From: an uncultured virus (IMG/VR IMGVR_UViG_3300028553_000005)
Taxonomy: Duplodnaviria; Heunggongvirae; Uroviricota; Caudoviricetes
Length of the DNA: 64,000 nt
IMG/VR virus record: IMGVR_UViG_3300028553_000005
Coordinates: 1 to 64,000 of that record
Direction: 5' to 3' (one strand)
The translations under genes were made by a program, and so were the position numbers. The notes under the pieces were generated by a model. It saw nothing but the letters and a program-made list of their open reading frames with translations, ran no database searches and was not told the origin of the DNA. Position 1 is the stretch's first letter, and every line of letters starts with the position of its first letter. Below are positions 29,653 to 37,864 of this stretch, piece after piece.

Positions 29653-30378
29653 TCAAAATATTATGGTAAAATCTTCTCTTTCTGGACAATTTGGCATGTC
29701 TAAAGAATTTGGAAAATTAATATGTTTTTTTAATTTTATATTATCTGATGAAGTAAAAGACAATTCAACAACTGAAGGTATATATTGATTTTCATCAATT
29801 TGCATATAAGAATAATTGTTTATATGTACATGAACTAATTTTTGATCCAATTTACTAATAAAATTAGCCATTTCATTCAAGTTAAAATTATCTTGTATAT
29901 CATGAAATTCAATCACAATACCAGAAAACAATTTTGTGTGTGTGAGTATATTGTCTAAAATCTTATATTCAGAACCTTCAATATCACACTTTAAAAAAAT
30001 ATTTTTACCTTTATTTTCTAAAACAGATTCAAAAGTGATTTCATCGGATGTATTATTTTTACCTATGTTTTTCGTTATGTGTTGTTTTGTACCAGTAAAA
30101 AATTCTTTATGAGATTCATACAATCCTTTATCTTTTAACATAACATCATTTACGGAATTATCATAACCAAATAAAGGACAATCTTTAATTTTAAGAAATT
30201 GATCCTCAAAAGACCAGTCATCATTGATGCCAAAGGATAATAAACATTCACTTTTCAATATATCATTTTTATTTAAAAGATAACCACCATCATTATTTTT
30301 ACCAACTCTAACAAGGTCGGAACAGTAATAAGGTTGTAGTAATCTAGGTAGTGTTATTGTTTTCATATTACCATTCAC
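29653..30378 (-). CDS. FkbM-like methyltransferase
   Basis: RVGKNNDGGY, SFGINDDWSFE, LKCDIEGSEY and IEFH. Confidence 0.75.
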   Translation of the reverse strand: MNGNMKTITLPRLLQPYYCSDLVRVGKNNDGGYLLNKNDILKSECLLSFGINDDWSFEDQFLKIKDCPLFGYDNSVNDVMLKDKGLYESHKEFFTGTKQHITKNIGKNNTSDEITFESVLENKGKNIFLKCDIEGSEYKILDNILTHTKLFSGIVIEFHDIQDNFNLNEMANFISKLDQKLVHVHINNYSYMQIDENQYIPSVVELSFTSSDNIKLKKHINFPNSLDMPNCPEREDFTIIF

Positions 30379-31081
30379 CAGACCAATGTTTTATATTGGC
30401 CTCAGCATAAAATTCTTTTTTTAATTTTTCCCAGTCCAGAACACCATCACCTTTATAAATTATTGTATTGTGGGGTGGATGTTCCCTGTATGTTTTAATA
30501 AACGGAATTTGTTCCATATACTTACGCATCTCATCAAACTTCTCAACACCAGGATCCGTGTTAATCATTTCACCAAATAATACTGTTGTTACGGCGTGCA
30601 TGTATGTTTGTGGACCTAAAAAGAAAACATTCTTATGTCCTTCATACCGCCTCTGTAATATCAATTCAATTGTTTTTGCTTGAATTGGATTTTTAGGTTC
30701 AGTCAACATAAAGTCTTGTGAAAAATCCCACTCCAAACAAGTTGGTAATACACACTTTATACCATCTGTTATAATTGCTGACAATGGTATATTACAAAAA
30801 CGGTCAATGTCAATGTAAAGACCACCTTCATTGTATAATTTAAAGAGCCTCCATAAATCAGTTTTTTCAACTATATGTATATCTTTAATTAAATTGTAAT
30901 CTCTTTTATTTAAAACATTTCTTAGATATTCATCCACATCATTATCATCATGTACTGTAACAGTCCAGTCAGGATTCAAATCAATTAGTTTGCGCAAACC
31001 ATTGACAATGAGTGGTGATTTACTGTCGAACACATCTTTAGTCTTCCAAGCAACGTGTGCAATTTTAGGTATGGAACTCAT
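30368..31081 (-). CDS. DXD glycosyltransferase (GT32/Och1-like)
   Basis: IPKIAHVAWK and DLWRLFKLYNEGGLYIDID; start set to MSSIPK. Confidence 0.85.
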   Translation of the reverse strand: MSSIPKIAHVAWKTKDVFDSKSPLIVNGLRKLIDLNPDWTVTVHDDNDVDEYLRNVLNKRDYNLIKDIHIVEKTDLWRLFKLYNEGGLYIDIDRFCNIPLSAIITDGIKCVLPTCLEWDFSQDFMLTEPKNPIQAKTIELILQRRYEGHKNVFFLGPQTYMHAVTTVLFGEMINTDPGVEKFDEMRKYMEQIPFIKTYREHPPHNTIIYKGDGVLDWEKLKKEFYAEANIKHWSGEW

Positions 31082-31089
31082 TATAAATA
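31082..31089 (+). promoter_or_regulatory. T4-type late promoter TATAAATA
   Basis: Exact consensus ending 5 nt before the ATG of the J-domain gene. Confidence 0.65.
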
Positions 31090-31094
31090 CATGT

Positions 31095-31700
31095 ATGAAT
31101 AAAAATCTATATGATATCTTAGGCGTTTCTAAAAATGCAACATTTGAAGAAATTAAAGCCAAATATAAATCACTCGCTCAACAACATCATCCAGACAAAG
31201 GCGGCGATCCTGAAATATTCAAGGAAATAAAAAACGCCTATGAAGTTTTAAGTGATCCCGTTAACAGAAAAAAATACGACACCACCGGTCATTACGAATC
31301 TGGTACAAGTCTCCGTGATCAAGCTCTAGAACAACTTAGTCGGTTATTTTTCAATTTACTTCCAAACATTAATCCCGATCTTGATGATCTAATACTGATT
31401 ATGAAAAATGAAAGTAGGCGAGAAAAACTAAACATAAACAATAACATTAATACTTGTAATGGTTACATATTCAGATTAAAAAAAATAATCAAAAAAATTA
31501 AAAAGAAAAATGAGCAAGGTGAAAATATGTTAAAAATGTTTGCCGAAAATCAATTAAAGAACCATGAAAACGAATTACAAAATTTCATAAGACAAATTCA
31601 AATTGTTGATATTGTCATCGAAATGCTTGAAGATTATCAATATGGTGATGTTACAACTTTAATTGAAAATTTTATGAATCCTCCTAATGGTGCCCCTTGA
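31095..31700 (+). CDS. DnaJ-domain protein
   Basis: LYDILGVSKNA...HHPDKGG...AYEVLSD...YD J-domain with HPD; start set to MNKNLYD. Confidence 0.85.
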   Translation: MNKNLYDILGVSKNATFEEIKAKYKSLAQQHHPDKGGDPEIFKEIKNAYEVLSDPVNRKKYDTTGHYESGTSLRDQALEQLSRLFFNLLPNINPDLDDLILIMKNESRREKLNINNNINTCNGYIFRLKKIIKKIKKKNEQGENMLKMFAENQLKNHENELQNFIRQIQIVDIVIEMLEDYQYGDVTTLIENFMNPPNGAP

Positions 31701-31761
31701 TAGAATCGAACTAACAATTCAAGATTACAAATCTAGCGTTATACCATTTAACTAAAGGGGC
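31688..31761 (-). tRNA. tRNA-Thr(UGU)
   Basis: GCCCCTT/AAGGGGC acceptor, anticodon loop TTTGTAA, T loop TTCGATT, encoded CCA. Confidence 0.85.
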
Positions 31762-31925
31762 CGTGCAGCCAATTCGGTGATGCGTTTTTGAATCTTAGCT
31801 TTATCTTTTGGTCTACTAGATTTTTCTAACATATCATTAAGCTGTTTAAGATTTAATGGACCTAATCTTGGCTTGCCATTTTTAGTCAACATTGGATTTT
31901 TCTTTTTTGATTTTGAAACTGCCAT
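31752..31925 (-). CDS. Hypothetical 57-aa basic protein
   Basis: MAVSKSKKKNPMLTKNGKPRLGPLN...; AAGGA RBS; sits between two tRNA genes. Confidence 0.55.
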   Translation of the reverse strand: MAVSKSKKKNPMLTKNGKPRLGPLNLKQLNDMLEKSSRPKDKAKIQKRITELAARPL

Positions 31926-31945
31926 GATATAGTCCTTAAAGAATT

Positions 31946-32015
31946 TGGAGCGGTGGTCTAGATTCGCACTAGATGAGTAAGTTGGACACCTACTCTGGTT
32001 CTATACCCCGACCGC
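31946..32015 (-). tRNA. Non-canonical tRNA-Gly(UCC)-like RNA, 70 nt
   Basis: GCGGTCG...CCACCGC-T-CCA acceptor; 7-bp stem GAGTAGG/CTTACTC around loop TGTCCAA; T arm TCTAG-TGCGAAT-CTAGA; minimal D arm GGT-ATAGA-ACC. Confidence 0.75.
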
Positions 32016-32024
32016 ATATGTAAT

Positions 32025-32053
32025 ACTATAACATTATATAGTGTGATTGTCAA
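32025..32053 (-). promoter_or_regulatory. sigma70 promoter directly upstream of the tRNA-Gly-like RNA
   Basis: TTGACA-17 nt-TATAGT with extended -10 TG. Confidence 0.75.
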
Positions 32054-32570
32054 CACTTATTTGTGGTATATTTAACCATGCTATTGGTTCTGGTTTGAGT
32101 GGTGCATCCGGATTACGAACATCACTAAACACTTCCCATAATTTTTCTTTGATAGCAAATTTGGTAAACAATCCTGTGGATAACCCGTGTGCTTCTATTT
32201 CCCATGGCTCATCATAATAATCCATATTTTCGGTAATTCTTTGACCTCTCCATCGTGTACCATATTCATTGGTTTCGCCATACACATATTGTTTAACATG
32301 AACCATTTCGTGTGCTATAGTTTCCAATATATCATGTGAACCACATAAAGGATTTATTTCAATCTGAAACTCTCTAGGTTTATTGCTATCATTATAATCC
32401 AATACTTCTGCATATCCAAGAGCATCAAGTTTTGGATCAAACTTAATACGGACACTAATGTTTTCTATCATTTTAGGTGTCATCAGTTGTCCGGCATAAA
32501 AAATAGCCGCACGCTTAACAAAAGGTCGAAAGCGTTTCTTATCGGGACATCCGATTATACTGAGTTGCAT
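32034..32570 (-). CDS. Zincin-like metallopeptidase
   Basis: AHEMVHVKQY and PWEIEA; start set to MQLSII after AGGAG. Confidence 0.75.
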   Translation of the reverse strand: MQLSIIGCPDKKRFRPFVKRAAIFYAGQLMTPKMIENISVRIKFDPKLDALGYAEVLDYNDSNKPREFQIEINPLCGSHDILETIAHEMVHVKQYVYGETNEYGTRWRGQRITENMDYYDEPWEIEAHGLSTGLFTKFAIKEKLWEVFSDVRNPDAPLKPEPIAWLNIPQISVDNHTI

Positions 32571-32623
32571 TGAGGTTTCTCCTGTGAAAACCAACTAATA
32601 CTTCTCAAATATTTAGGTGATAT

Positions 32624-33070
32624 CTAGTTTTCACCAGGTGAAATTTGTTCTACTGATATACCACAATGATTTAAGAAGTCTATGCCGATGGTATCTCGAT
32701 ACGAATTACGGTAATATACCTTTTTAATACCAGCGGTATAGACTTGTTTTGCACAATGAATACATGGAGCATGTGTCAGGAACATGGTGGAACCATCTCC
32801 AGATTCACTACTTTTGGCCAGTTTAGCGATGGCATTAGCCTCGGCGTGGATCACTTCATCCTTTGTTTTGGTGATAGTACCACCATCTTCTAGGTATTCT
32901 ACCACTTCTTCACATTCATTGGTCCAGCCAGCTGGCATACCATTATAACCGATAGATATAATTCGGTCATCTTTTACCACAATGGCACCAACCTTCAATC
33001 GTTTGGCACTGGATAATTTGGCAAATCTCTCTGCCACATCCATGTAAGCGTCAATAAATTTTTGTTTCAT
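32624..33070 (-). CDS. cd: dCMP deaminase
   Basis: IGYNG, HAEANA and PCIHC. Confidence 0.9.
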   Translation of the reverse strand: MKQKFIDAYMDVAERFAKLSSAKRLKVGAIVVKDDRIISIGYNGMPAGWTNECEEVVEYLEDGGTITKTKDEVIHAEANAIAKLAKSSESGDGSTMFLTHAPCIHCAKQVYTAGIKKVYYRNSYRDTIGIDFLNHCGISVEQISPGEN

Positions 33071-33128
33071 AGTTTTAAAAGGTTTATGAAAAACTTCATA
33101 ATACTATATATTAATAGGAGGACTCAAT

Positions 33129-33494
33129 ATGAATTGTAAAATATGTTCAAATAAACTAACTGGTTTGCAAAAAATGTATTGCTCAGTTTCTTGTAAAATG
33201 AAAAGTAGTAATATAAGAAATCAAGCATATAAATCTCAAAGAGTTCGTGGAGAAAAAAACAAAATTAAATTATTAAACACACTAGGTGGCCAATGTAATA
33301 TTTGTGGATACAAAAAAAATTATTCTGCATTATGTTTTCACCATTTACACGATAAAGAGTTTACATTGGATCTTAGACATTGTTCCAACACAAAATTTGA
33401 TAAACTTTTACAAGAAGCCAAAAAATGTGTTGTGCTTTGTCATAACTGCCACATGGAAACACATTATCCAGAAAACAATATTGGTGGGCCTTGA
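33129..33494 (+). CDS. HNH endonuclease with N-terminal zinc finger (homing endonuclease-like)
   Basis: CKIC...YCSVSC; CNICGY...LCFHH...CVVLCHNCH; AGGAGG RBS; opposite strand to neighbours. Confidence 0.8.
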   Translation: MNCKICSNKLTGLQKMYCSVSCKMKSSNIRNQAYKSQRVRGEKNKIKLLNTLGGQCNICGYKKNYSALCFHHLHDKEFTLDLRHCSNTKFDKLLQEAKKCVVLCHNCHMETHYPENNIGGP

Positions 33495-33556
33495 AAGAGT
33501 TGAACTTTCTTCAACCGGTTATGAGCCGGACGCATCTACCGATATGCTAAAGGCCC
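33482..33556 (-). tRNA. tRNA with CAU anticodon, probably Ile2 (lysidine type)
   Basis: GGGCCTT/AAGGCCC acceptor with C4:G69 and C5:G68; loop CTCATAA; T loop TTCAACT; encoded CCA. Confidence 0.8.
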
Positions 33557-33563
33557 CTTTGGT

Positions 33564-33737
33564 CTACCAACTACCGTCATCAATCCATATTCGGATCGTG
33601 ATAGGTAATAATTCAATAATATATGATGTTGAAATTTCCCAAGCATCATTCTCACTACCTTTACTGAAATTTAATCTCCAATGAAATGGATTTAATTTTA
33701 ATGTAATATTACAACCAGAATATTTCAACCAATTCAT
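33564..33737 (-). CDS. Hypothetical 57-aa protein
   Basis: MNWLKYSGCNITLKLNPFHWR...WIDDGSW; overlaps upstream stop. Confidence 0.5.
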   Translation of the reverse strand: MNWLKYSGCNITLKLNPFHWRLNFSKGSENDAWEISTSYIIELLPITIRIWIDDGSW

Positions 33738-33964
33738 CTTAAAATTTCACCAATAGGTTCTGGAATATTAAATTGACTACGAATATATTTGTCTTTTAAC
33801 ATTTCAGGAATTACAGTATGTGGTTCTTCTAAAAGAAAAGGACAAGGTCCATTCCATTTATTTTCCGTTAAAAACATTTTAAATAATTCAATGTCTTTTT
33901 TATTTTTGGGATCAAATTTTCGTTTTTGATTATTTAATAATTGATGTTGAACTAAGAAACTCAT
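33734..33964 (-). CDS. Hypothetical protein
   Basis: 76 aa ORF coupled to its neighbours. Confidence 0.55.
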   Translation of the reverse strand: MSFLVQHQLLNNQKRKFDPKNKKDIELFKMFLTENKWNGPCPFLLEEPHTVIPEMLKDKYIRSQFNIPEPIGEILR

Positions 33965-34161
33965 TTCACATACTCCATACTATCCTTTTTCATATAATGA
34001 ATTACCTGATTCTTTTTTGGATCAGGCATTTGTTTTACAACGGCAATAAATTGTTGGCCATCAATTTCTTCGATTGGCCAATTAGAATATGTATAGAAGA
34101 TATCCGTACCATTTTTGGCACGAACTTTTTTGAGAACTGATTTTGGTTTCACTTTTTTCAT
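33961..34161 (-). CDS. Hypothetical protein
   Basis: Start reassigned to MKKVKPK, because the track start lies in the promoter -35 box. Confidence 0.55.
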   Translation of the reverse strand: MKKVKPKSVLKKVRAKNGTDIFYTYSNWPIEEIDGQQFIAVVKQMPDPKKNQVIHYMKKDSMEYVK

Positions 34162-34171
34162 AATATGTACC

Positions 34172-34200
34172 ATTATAACATAGAATAGGGGGTCTGTCAA
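34172..34200 (-). promoter_or_regulatory. sigma70 promoter, perfect consensus
   Basis: TTGACA-17 nt-TATAAT with TG extension. Confidence 0.8.
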
Positions 34201-34215
34201 GAGCCCCCTATATTT

Positions 34216-34278
34216 TTACCGACTTTTTGGATAATTCAACTGTTCCCATTCCTCATCGGTTACGGGCCACCAGTTCAT
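34216..34278 (-). CDS. 20-aa peptide coupled to hsp20
   Basis: MNWWPVTDEEWEQLNYPKSR; TAATG overlap with the hsp20 stop. Confidence 0.4.
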   Translation of the reverse strand: MNWWPVTDEEWEQLNYPKSR

Positions 34279-34739
34279 TATACACTCTTTTCTTTAATGG
34301 CAATCTTTTTAATGGTATCTTGAGCCTGCACAAGATTCTCTAACCATACACGCAACATACCATTCATCATTTCAGCTTGACCGATTTCAATCTTGTCAGC
34401 CAATGTAAATGAACGTGTAAAGTTACGGTTAGCGATTCCTTTAAAGAGGAAATTTTCTTCTTCTTTAAGTTCATCTTCTTTTGCAGCACCTTTGATGACC
34501 AATTTATTACCTTCAAGAGTTACTTCAATATCAGACTTGGCAAAACCAGCAACTGCCATTTCAATGACATACTTGTTCTTGCTTACTTGTTTGATATTGT
34601 ATGGGGGATACGATGGTATATTCTTGGTTACATTTTTGGTAACTTCTTCAATGTCTTTGAAGAACTTATCGTAACCAACTGTGAATGGATCCAGCGTTTT
34701 GTGAAAGTCAAATAGACTTGGTAATAGACTTGTAGTCAT
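34278..34739 (-). CDS. hsp20: Small heat-shock protein (Hsp20/IbpA-like)
   Basis: YPPYNI, EMAVAGF, GIANRNFTRSF and NGML. Confidence 0.92.
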   Translation of the reverse strand: MTTSLLPSLFDFHKTLDPFTVGYDKFFKDIEEVTKNVTKNIPSYPPYNIKQVSKNKYVIEMAVAGFAKSDIEVTLEGNKLVIKGAAKEDELKEEENFLFKGIANRNFTRSFTLADKIEIGQAEMMNGMLRVWLENLVQAQDTIKKIAIKEKSV

Positions 34740-34800
34740 GTTTATGTGCTCCTTAGTTTAAGCGAGTTAATCAAAATTATAGGCCCCTGAGGCACCTACA
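34740..34800 (-). promoter_or_regulatory. ROSE-like RNA thermometer in the hsp20 5' UTR
   Basis: CUCGCUUA-AAC-UAAGGAG hairpin pairs the SD against a UCGCU motif with a bulged G; a second hairpin lies upstream. Confidence 0.6.
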
Positions 34801-34804
34801 TCCA

Positions 34805-34835
34805 TATTTATAACACAAAAAGCCTATTTTGTCAA
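34805..34835 (-). promoter_or_regulatory. Composite sigma70/late promoter for hsp20
   Basis: TTGACA-17 nt-TATAAATA. Confidence 0.7.
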
Positions 34836-35239
34836 TAGGCTCCTGGTTTTTTACCAATATTATACTTGGGTACCAAATCCCAATCGTCTTTTTCTTTATG
34901 TGATATGATCTTAATTTGAGATAAGAATATTGGAGGTGGGTTTTCCACTTTACTTTTATCCAATATTTTTACCAGACCCCAATCTTCTAGTAGTTTGGCA
35001 ATTGCGTTTCTACGAGATAGATCGTTTTCGGTAATGTCAGTTGGTTTACCATCCAAAGCAAATAGTTCTTTGAAATGTACTATGTAATACCTGCTTTGTT
35101 TATGTAGAATATGACAAGATTGGTAAAGAATTTTGTCTTTTTTGGAAGCTACACCGATTCGTGTTAACGTTTCACGGACCTTGAGGAAATCATCTTTCTC
35201 ACCTAATGTAACTTCAACTAAATCTATGATTGCAATCAT
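34832..35239 (-). CDS. regA: Translational repressor
   Basis: DDFLKVRETLTRIG, LYQSCHILHK and YYIVHFKELF. Confidence 0.95.
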   Translation of the reverse strand: MIAIIDLVEVTLGEKDDFLKVRETLTRIGVASKKDKILYQSCHILHKQSRYYIVHFKELFALDGKPTDITENDLSRRNAIAKLLEDWGLVKILDKSKVENPPPIFLSQIKIISHKEKDDWDLVPKYNIGKKPGAY

Positions 35240-35628
35240 GACTTGTTCACTCCGCCTTTATTTGTTTTAGCTTTTATTTCAGCGATTTGTTCATCATTAA
35301 GAATACGCAAAGCTTCTTTGGCTTTCTCGTTGGAGTAACCAAAATACTGTTTGACACATTCCATATCTTTATCGACCTCTGATTTCTGCCACGGTTGAAA
35401 TTTCCGTTTCATTGGTCTTATGGTATTTAGAAGATATGAATATTGTAAGTCCTTTTCAAGGTTAGGATTCTTGTTTAGTTCATTGACATAGAGTATGCAA
35501 TCCATGTGGTACGACAAGGCTCGATTGATGATATAAGGATTATAGTCTTTATAATCATATTCATCCAAAAACACACTCTTTTTCTTCTCTAGTATAGACG
35601 GAAGAATTTCTTTAAATAAATCTGGCAT
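35236..35628 (-). CDS. gp62: Clamp loader small subunit
   Basis: YNPYIINRALS and YFGYSNEKAKEALRIL; precedes regA. Confidence 0.9.
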   Translation of the reverse strand: MPDLFKEILPSILEKKKSVFLDEYDYKDYNPYIINRALSYHMDCILYVNELNKNPNLEKDLQYSYLLNTIRPMKRKFQPWQKSEVDKDMECVKQYFGYSNEKAKEALRILNDEQIAEIKAKTNKGGVNKS

Positions 35629-35629
35629 C

Positions 35630-36082
35630 TTAGTACCCCGATACCGTATATTTTTGCAACTCCTTTATTTCTTCCATGGACATTTTTTTGATTGGTGTCA
35701 ACGAATCTTGTTCACGGTCAACCAATAACATATCACGGCCATCTTTTGTTTTATAGTTTCTAGTTTTAAAACTTTTAGGGTCTGCTTTAAAAATCCAGCC
35801 AGCCCACTTATCGGTATGATGGCTAGCTGGTACAGAAACAAAATACAATTCATCCACAGAACGACATTTACGGAGTTGATTTGGTTTAAAAGTAAAAGCA
35901 TTTTGCATAATAAAAGGTACTTGTGTTTTAACTTCTACTTTTTTATTATCAGCCAATAAATCTTTTTCTGAATCATATTTGTTAATTGAACTTTGAATCT
36001 TACGACCTTCTTCACTCAACAAATTAATGATGATTTTTTCACCGGCTAGACCCAACTCATTCATCATTTCGTCTTTAGTCAT
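35630..36082 (-). CDS. Putative PD-(D/E)XK nuclease-like protein
   Basis: GLAGE...DLLADNKKVEVKT. Confidence 0.5.
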   Translation of the reverse strand: MTKDEMMNELGLAGEKIIINLLSEEGRKIQSSINKYDSEKDLLADNKKVEVKTQVPFIMQNAFTFKPNQLRKCRSVDELYFVSVPASHHTDKWAGWIFKADPKSFKTRNYKTKDGRDMLLVDREQDSLTPIKKMSMEEIKELQKYTVSGY

Positions 36083-36683
36083 TTTTAAAAAACCTTATTA
36101 AACTAGATTGTTCATGTTCTCTAATTTTTTGTTGAGAAATTGAATTATAATTTTTCATCGAATCAGTAACATTATCTTTTTCTGCTAAACATAAAACAGG
36201 AATCTCATGAAAATTCTCACAATATACTTCTTTCAATTCCGATTCAATTAATTCCAATCTATTTCTCAAACCAACTCTAGAAACATTATCTTTAGGAATC
36301 ATAATTGCACAATACAATTCTTTATTTTGTGTCGTTTCTTCATTAAACAATTCATGATATAAATTATATTTTAAAGCTTGTTTTCCAAATTTTGCATTTG
36401 GATTACGAAAAAAACCTATATGTTGTTTCATTCTAAGGTGAAACCTAGTTGTTAGTGCTGGAACTCTGTGTTTTTCCTTTCTATCGGCTATAAAATCATC
36501 TTCCAATCCACCACTCATACCAATATAAAATGTATCTTTTATATCACAAGGCCAAGTTTTTTTGTTAGGTTCTTTATTCAACCAAGCCCAAGCATACACT
36601 GCTGCTGTAATGTTATTCGAATATCTATAAATTTGATTAACATGAACCCAATTTAAAGTTAAATGTTTTTCATAATAAGTCAT
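36075..36683 (-). CDS. Putative GIY-YIG-like protein
   Basis: AVYAW...FYIGMSG...RMKQH...ELIES pattern; AT-rich. Confidence 0.45.
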   Translation of the reverse strand: MTYYEKHLTLNWVHVNQIYRYSNNITAAVYAWAWLNKEPNKKTWPCDIKDTFYIGMSGGLEDDFIADRKEKHRVPALTTRFHLRMKQHIGFFRNPNAKFGKQALKYNLYHELFNEETTQNKELYCAIMIPKDNVSRVGLRNRLELIESELKEVYCENFHEIPVLCLAEKDNVTDSMKNYNSISQQKIREHEQSSLIRFFKND

Positions 36684-37615
36684 TTTTTAAACTCACAATC
36701 TACCATAATTTCGGTTAAACAAGCAGTCATATTGATTTCGTGGTCAGCCACAAAAGCGGATTGATATTGATACTTAGCAAGAATAAGAACAAGTTGTGGA
36801 ACTGAACTGGCATCAAGAGCATCATATAGACCATCATAAAGTTTGCGATAAACTTTAACAGGATCATTATCTAGATTGTTGGTGACCCACTTACGAGCAG
36901 AGGCAAAGTCTTTTTCTTTTAACGACTTAATAAGATTATCAAGTTGTATATCAGCAATATTAGACAGAATCCCACTATCAATCGAACCTGACACAGAATA
37001 ACGCTGAAGTTCGTTAAGAATTCTTCGATTGTCAGGAAAGTGTTTCGTGATGATGGATGCGACAACATCTTTTGAATATTTGATATTCTCTTGTTGTAAG
37101 ATACCTTCAACTCTTTTAAAGAATTGTGCAGCCAGTTTTGGTTTAGAACCGTTGATTTTAAAATCAATAACAGAACACCGAGAGTGTATTGGATCGATAA
37201 TACGGTTTTTGAAATTGCATGTGAAGATGAACGAGCAATTCGATGAGAATTCTTCAATGGCTCCCCGTAAAGCAGGTTGAGTCGAATTAGGGTTAAGATA
37301 ATCAGCCTCATCAATGATGATGACTTTTCGGCCGCCAGTGAGAGAAACTGATGAAGCATAATTCTTAATTTTGTTGCGAAGCACATCAATGCCAGACTCG
37401 TCAGAGCCATTGATGACAATAAAATCACAACCAACCTCATTGCATAAAGCTTTAGCAACAGTTGTTTTTCCGACACCTGCCGTACCAGATAAAAGAAGAT
37501 TTGGTATTTCTTTTCTTTTAACGTACTCCTGAAAAGTTTCCTTGATCGCATCTGGTAAAATACAATCTTCAATTGTTTTTGGACGGTACTTCTCGACCCA
37601 AAGTAAATGTTCCAT
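36680..37615 (-). CDS. gp44: Clamp loader large subunit
   Basis: WVEKYRP, GTAGVGKTT, IIDEAD and HSRC. Confidence 0.95.
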   Translation of the reverse strand: MEHLLWVEKYRPKTIEDCILPDAIKETFQEYVKRKEIPNLLLSGTAGVGKTTVAKALCNEVGCDFIVINGSDESGIDVLRNKIKNYASSVSLTGGRKVIIIDEADYLNPNSTQPALRGAIEEFSSNCSFIFTCNFKNRIIDPIHSRCSVIDFKINGSKPKLAAQFFKRVEGILQQENIKYSKDVVASIITKHFPDNRRILNELQRYSVSGSIDSGILSNIADIQLDNLIKSLKEKDFASARKWVTNNLDNDPVKVYRKLYDGLYDALDASSVPQLVLILAKYQYQSAFVADHEINMTACLTEIMVDCEFKK

Positions 37616-37671
37616 TTAACACTCCCATAATATAATAACTTCTCAACACTTCTTTACTACTTTCAAAATAA

Positions 37672-37863
37672 TTACCTAGGCATTTCTGCATTGATTCTAC
37701 CAACAGTTTCCAAATAGTTTTCTTTTACAGCAACGTTACCATTAATCATATTGATAACTGTTTTCTCAACGCCTTCTTCTTTAACTGTAAAGACACAAAC
37801 TAGATTGGCTAAGTTGATAGCAATAGATTCATTTGTTGTGGAATCAGTAAAATTAACCAACAT
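37672..37863 (-). CDS. Small hypothetical protein (FlbD/SwrD-like pattern)
   Basis: Start MLVNFTD after GGAG RBS; 63 aa, beta-rich. Confidence 0.5.
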   Translation of the reverse strand: MLVNFTDSTTNESIAINLANLVCVFTVKEEGVEKTVINMINGNVAVKENYLETVGRINAEMPR

Positions 37864-37864
37864 A

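Noticed and set aside
33286..33684. 132-aa plus-strand ORF
   Set aside because: Overlaps the HNH gene out of frame and runs antisense through a tRNA and another ORF
36919..37572. 217-aa alternative-frame ORF inside gp44
   Set aside because: No motif or clear RBS; Leu/Ser-rich composition typical of an off-frame read
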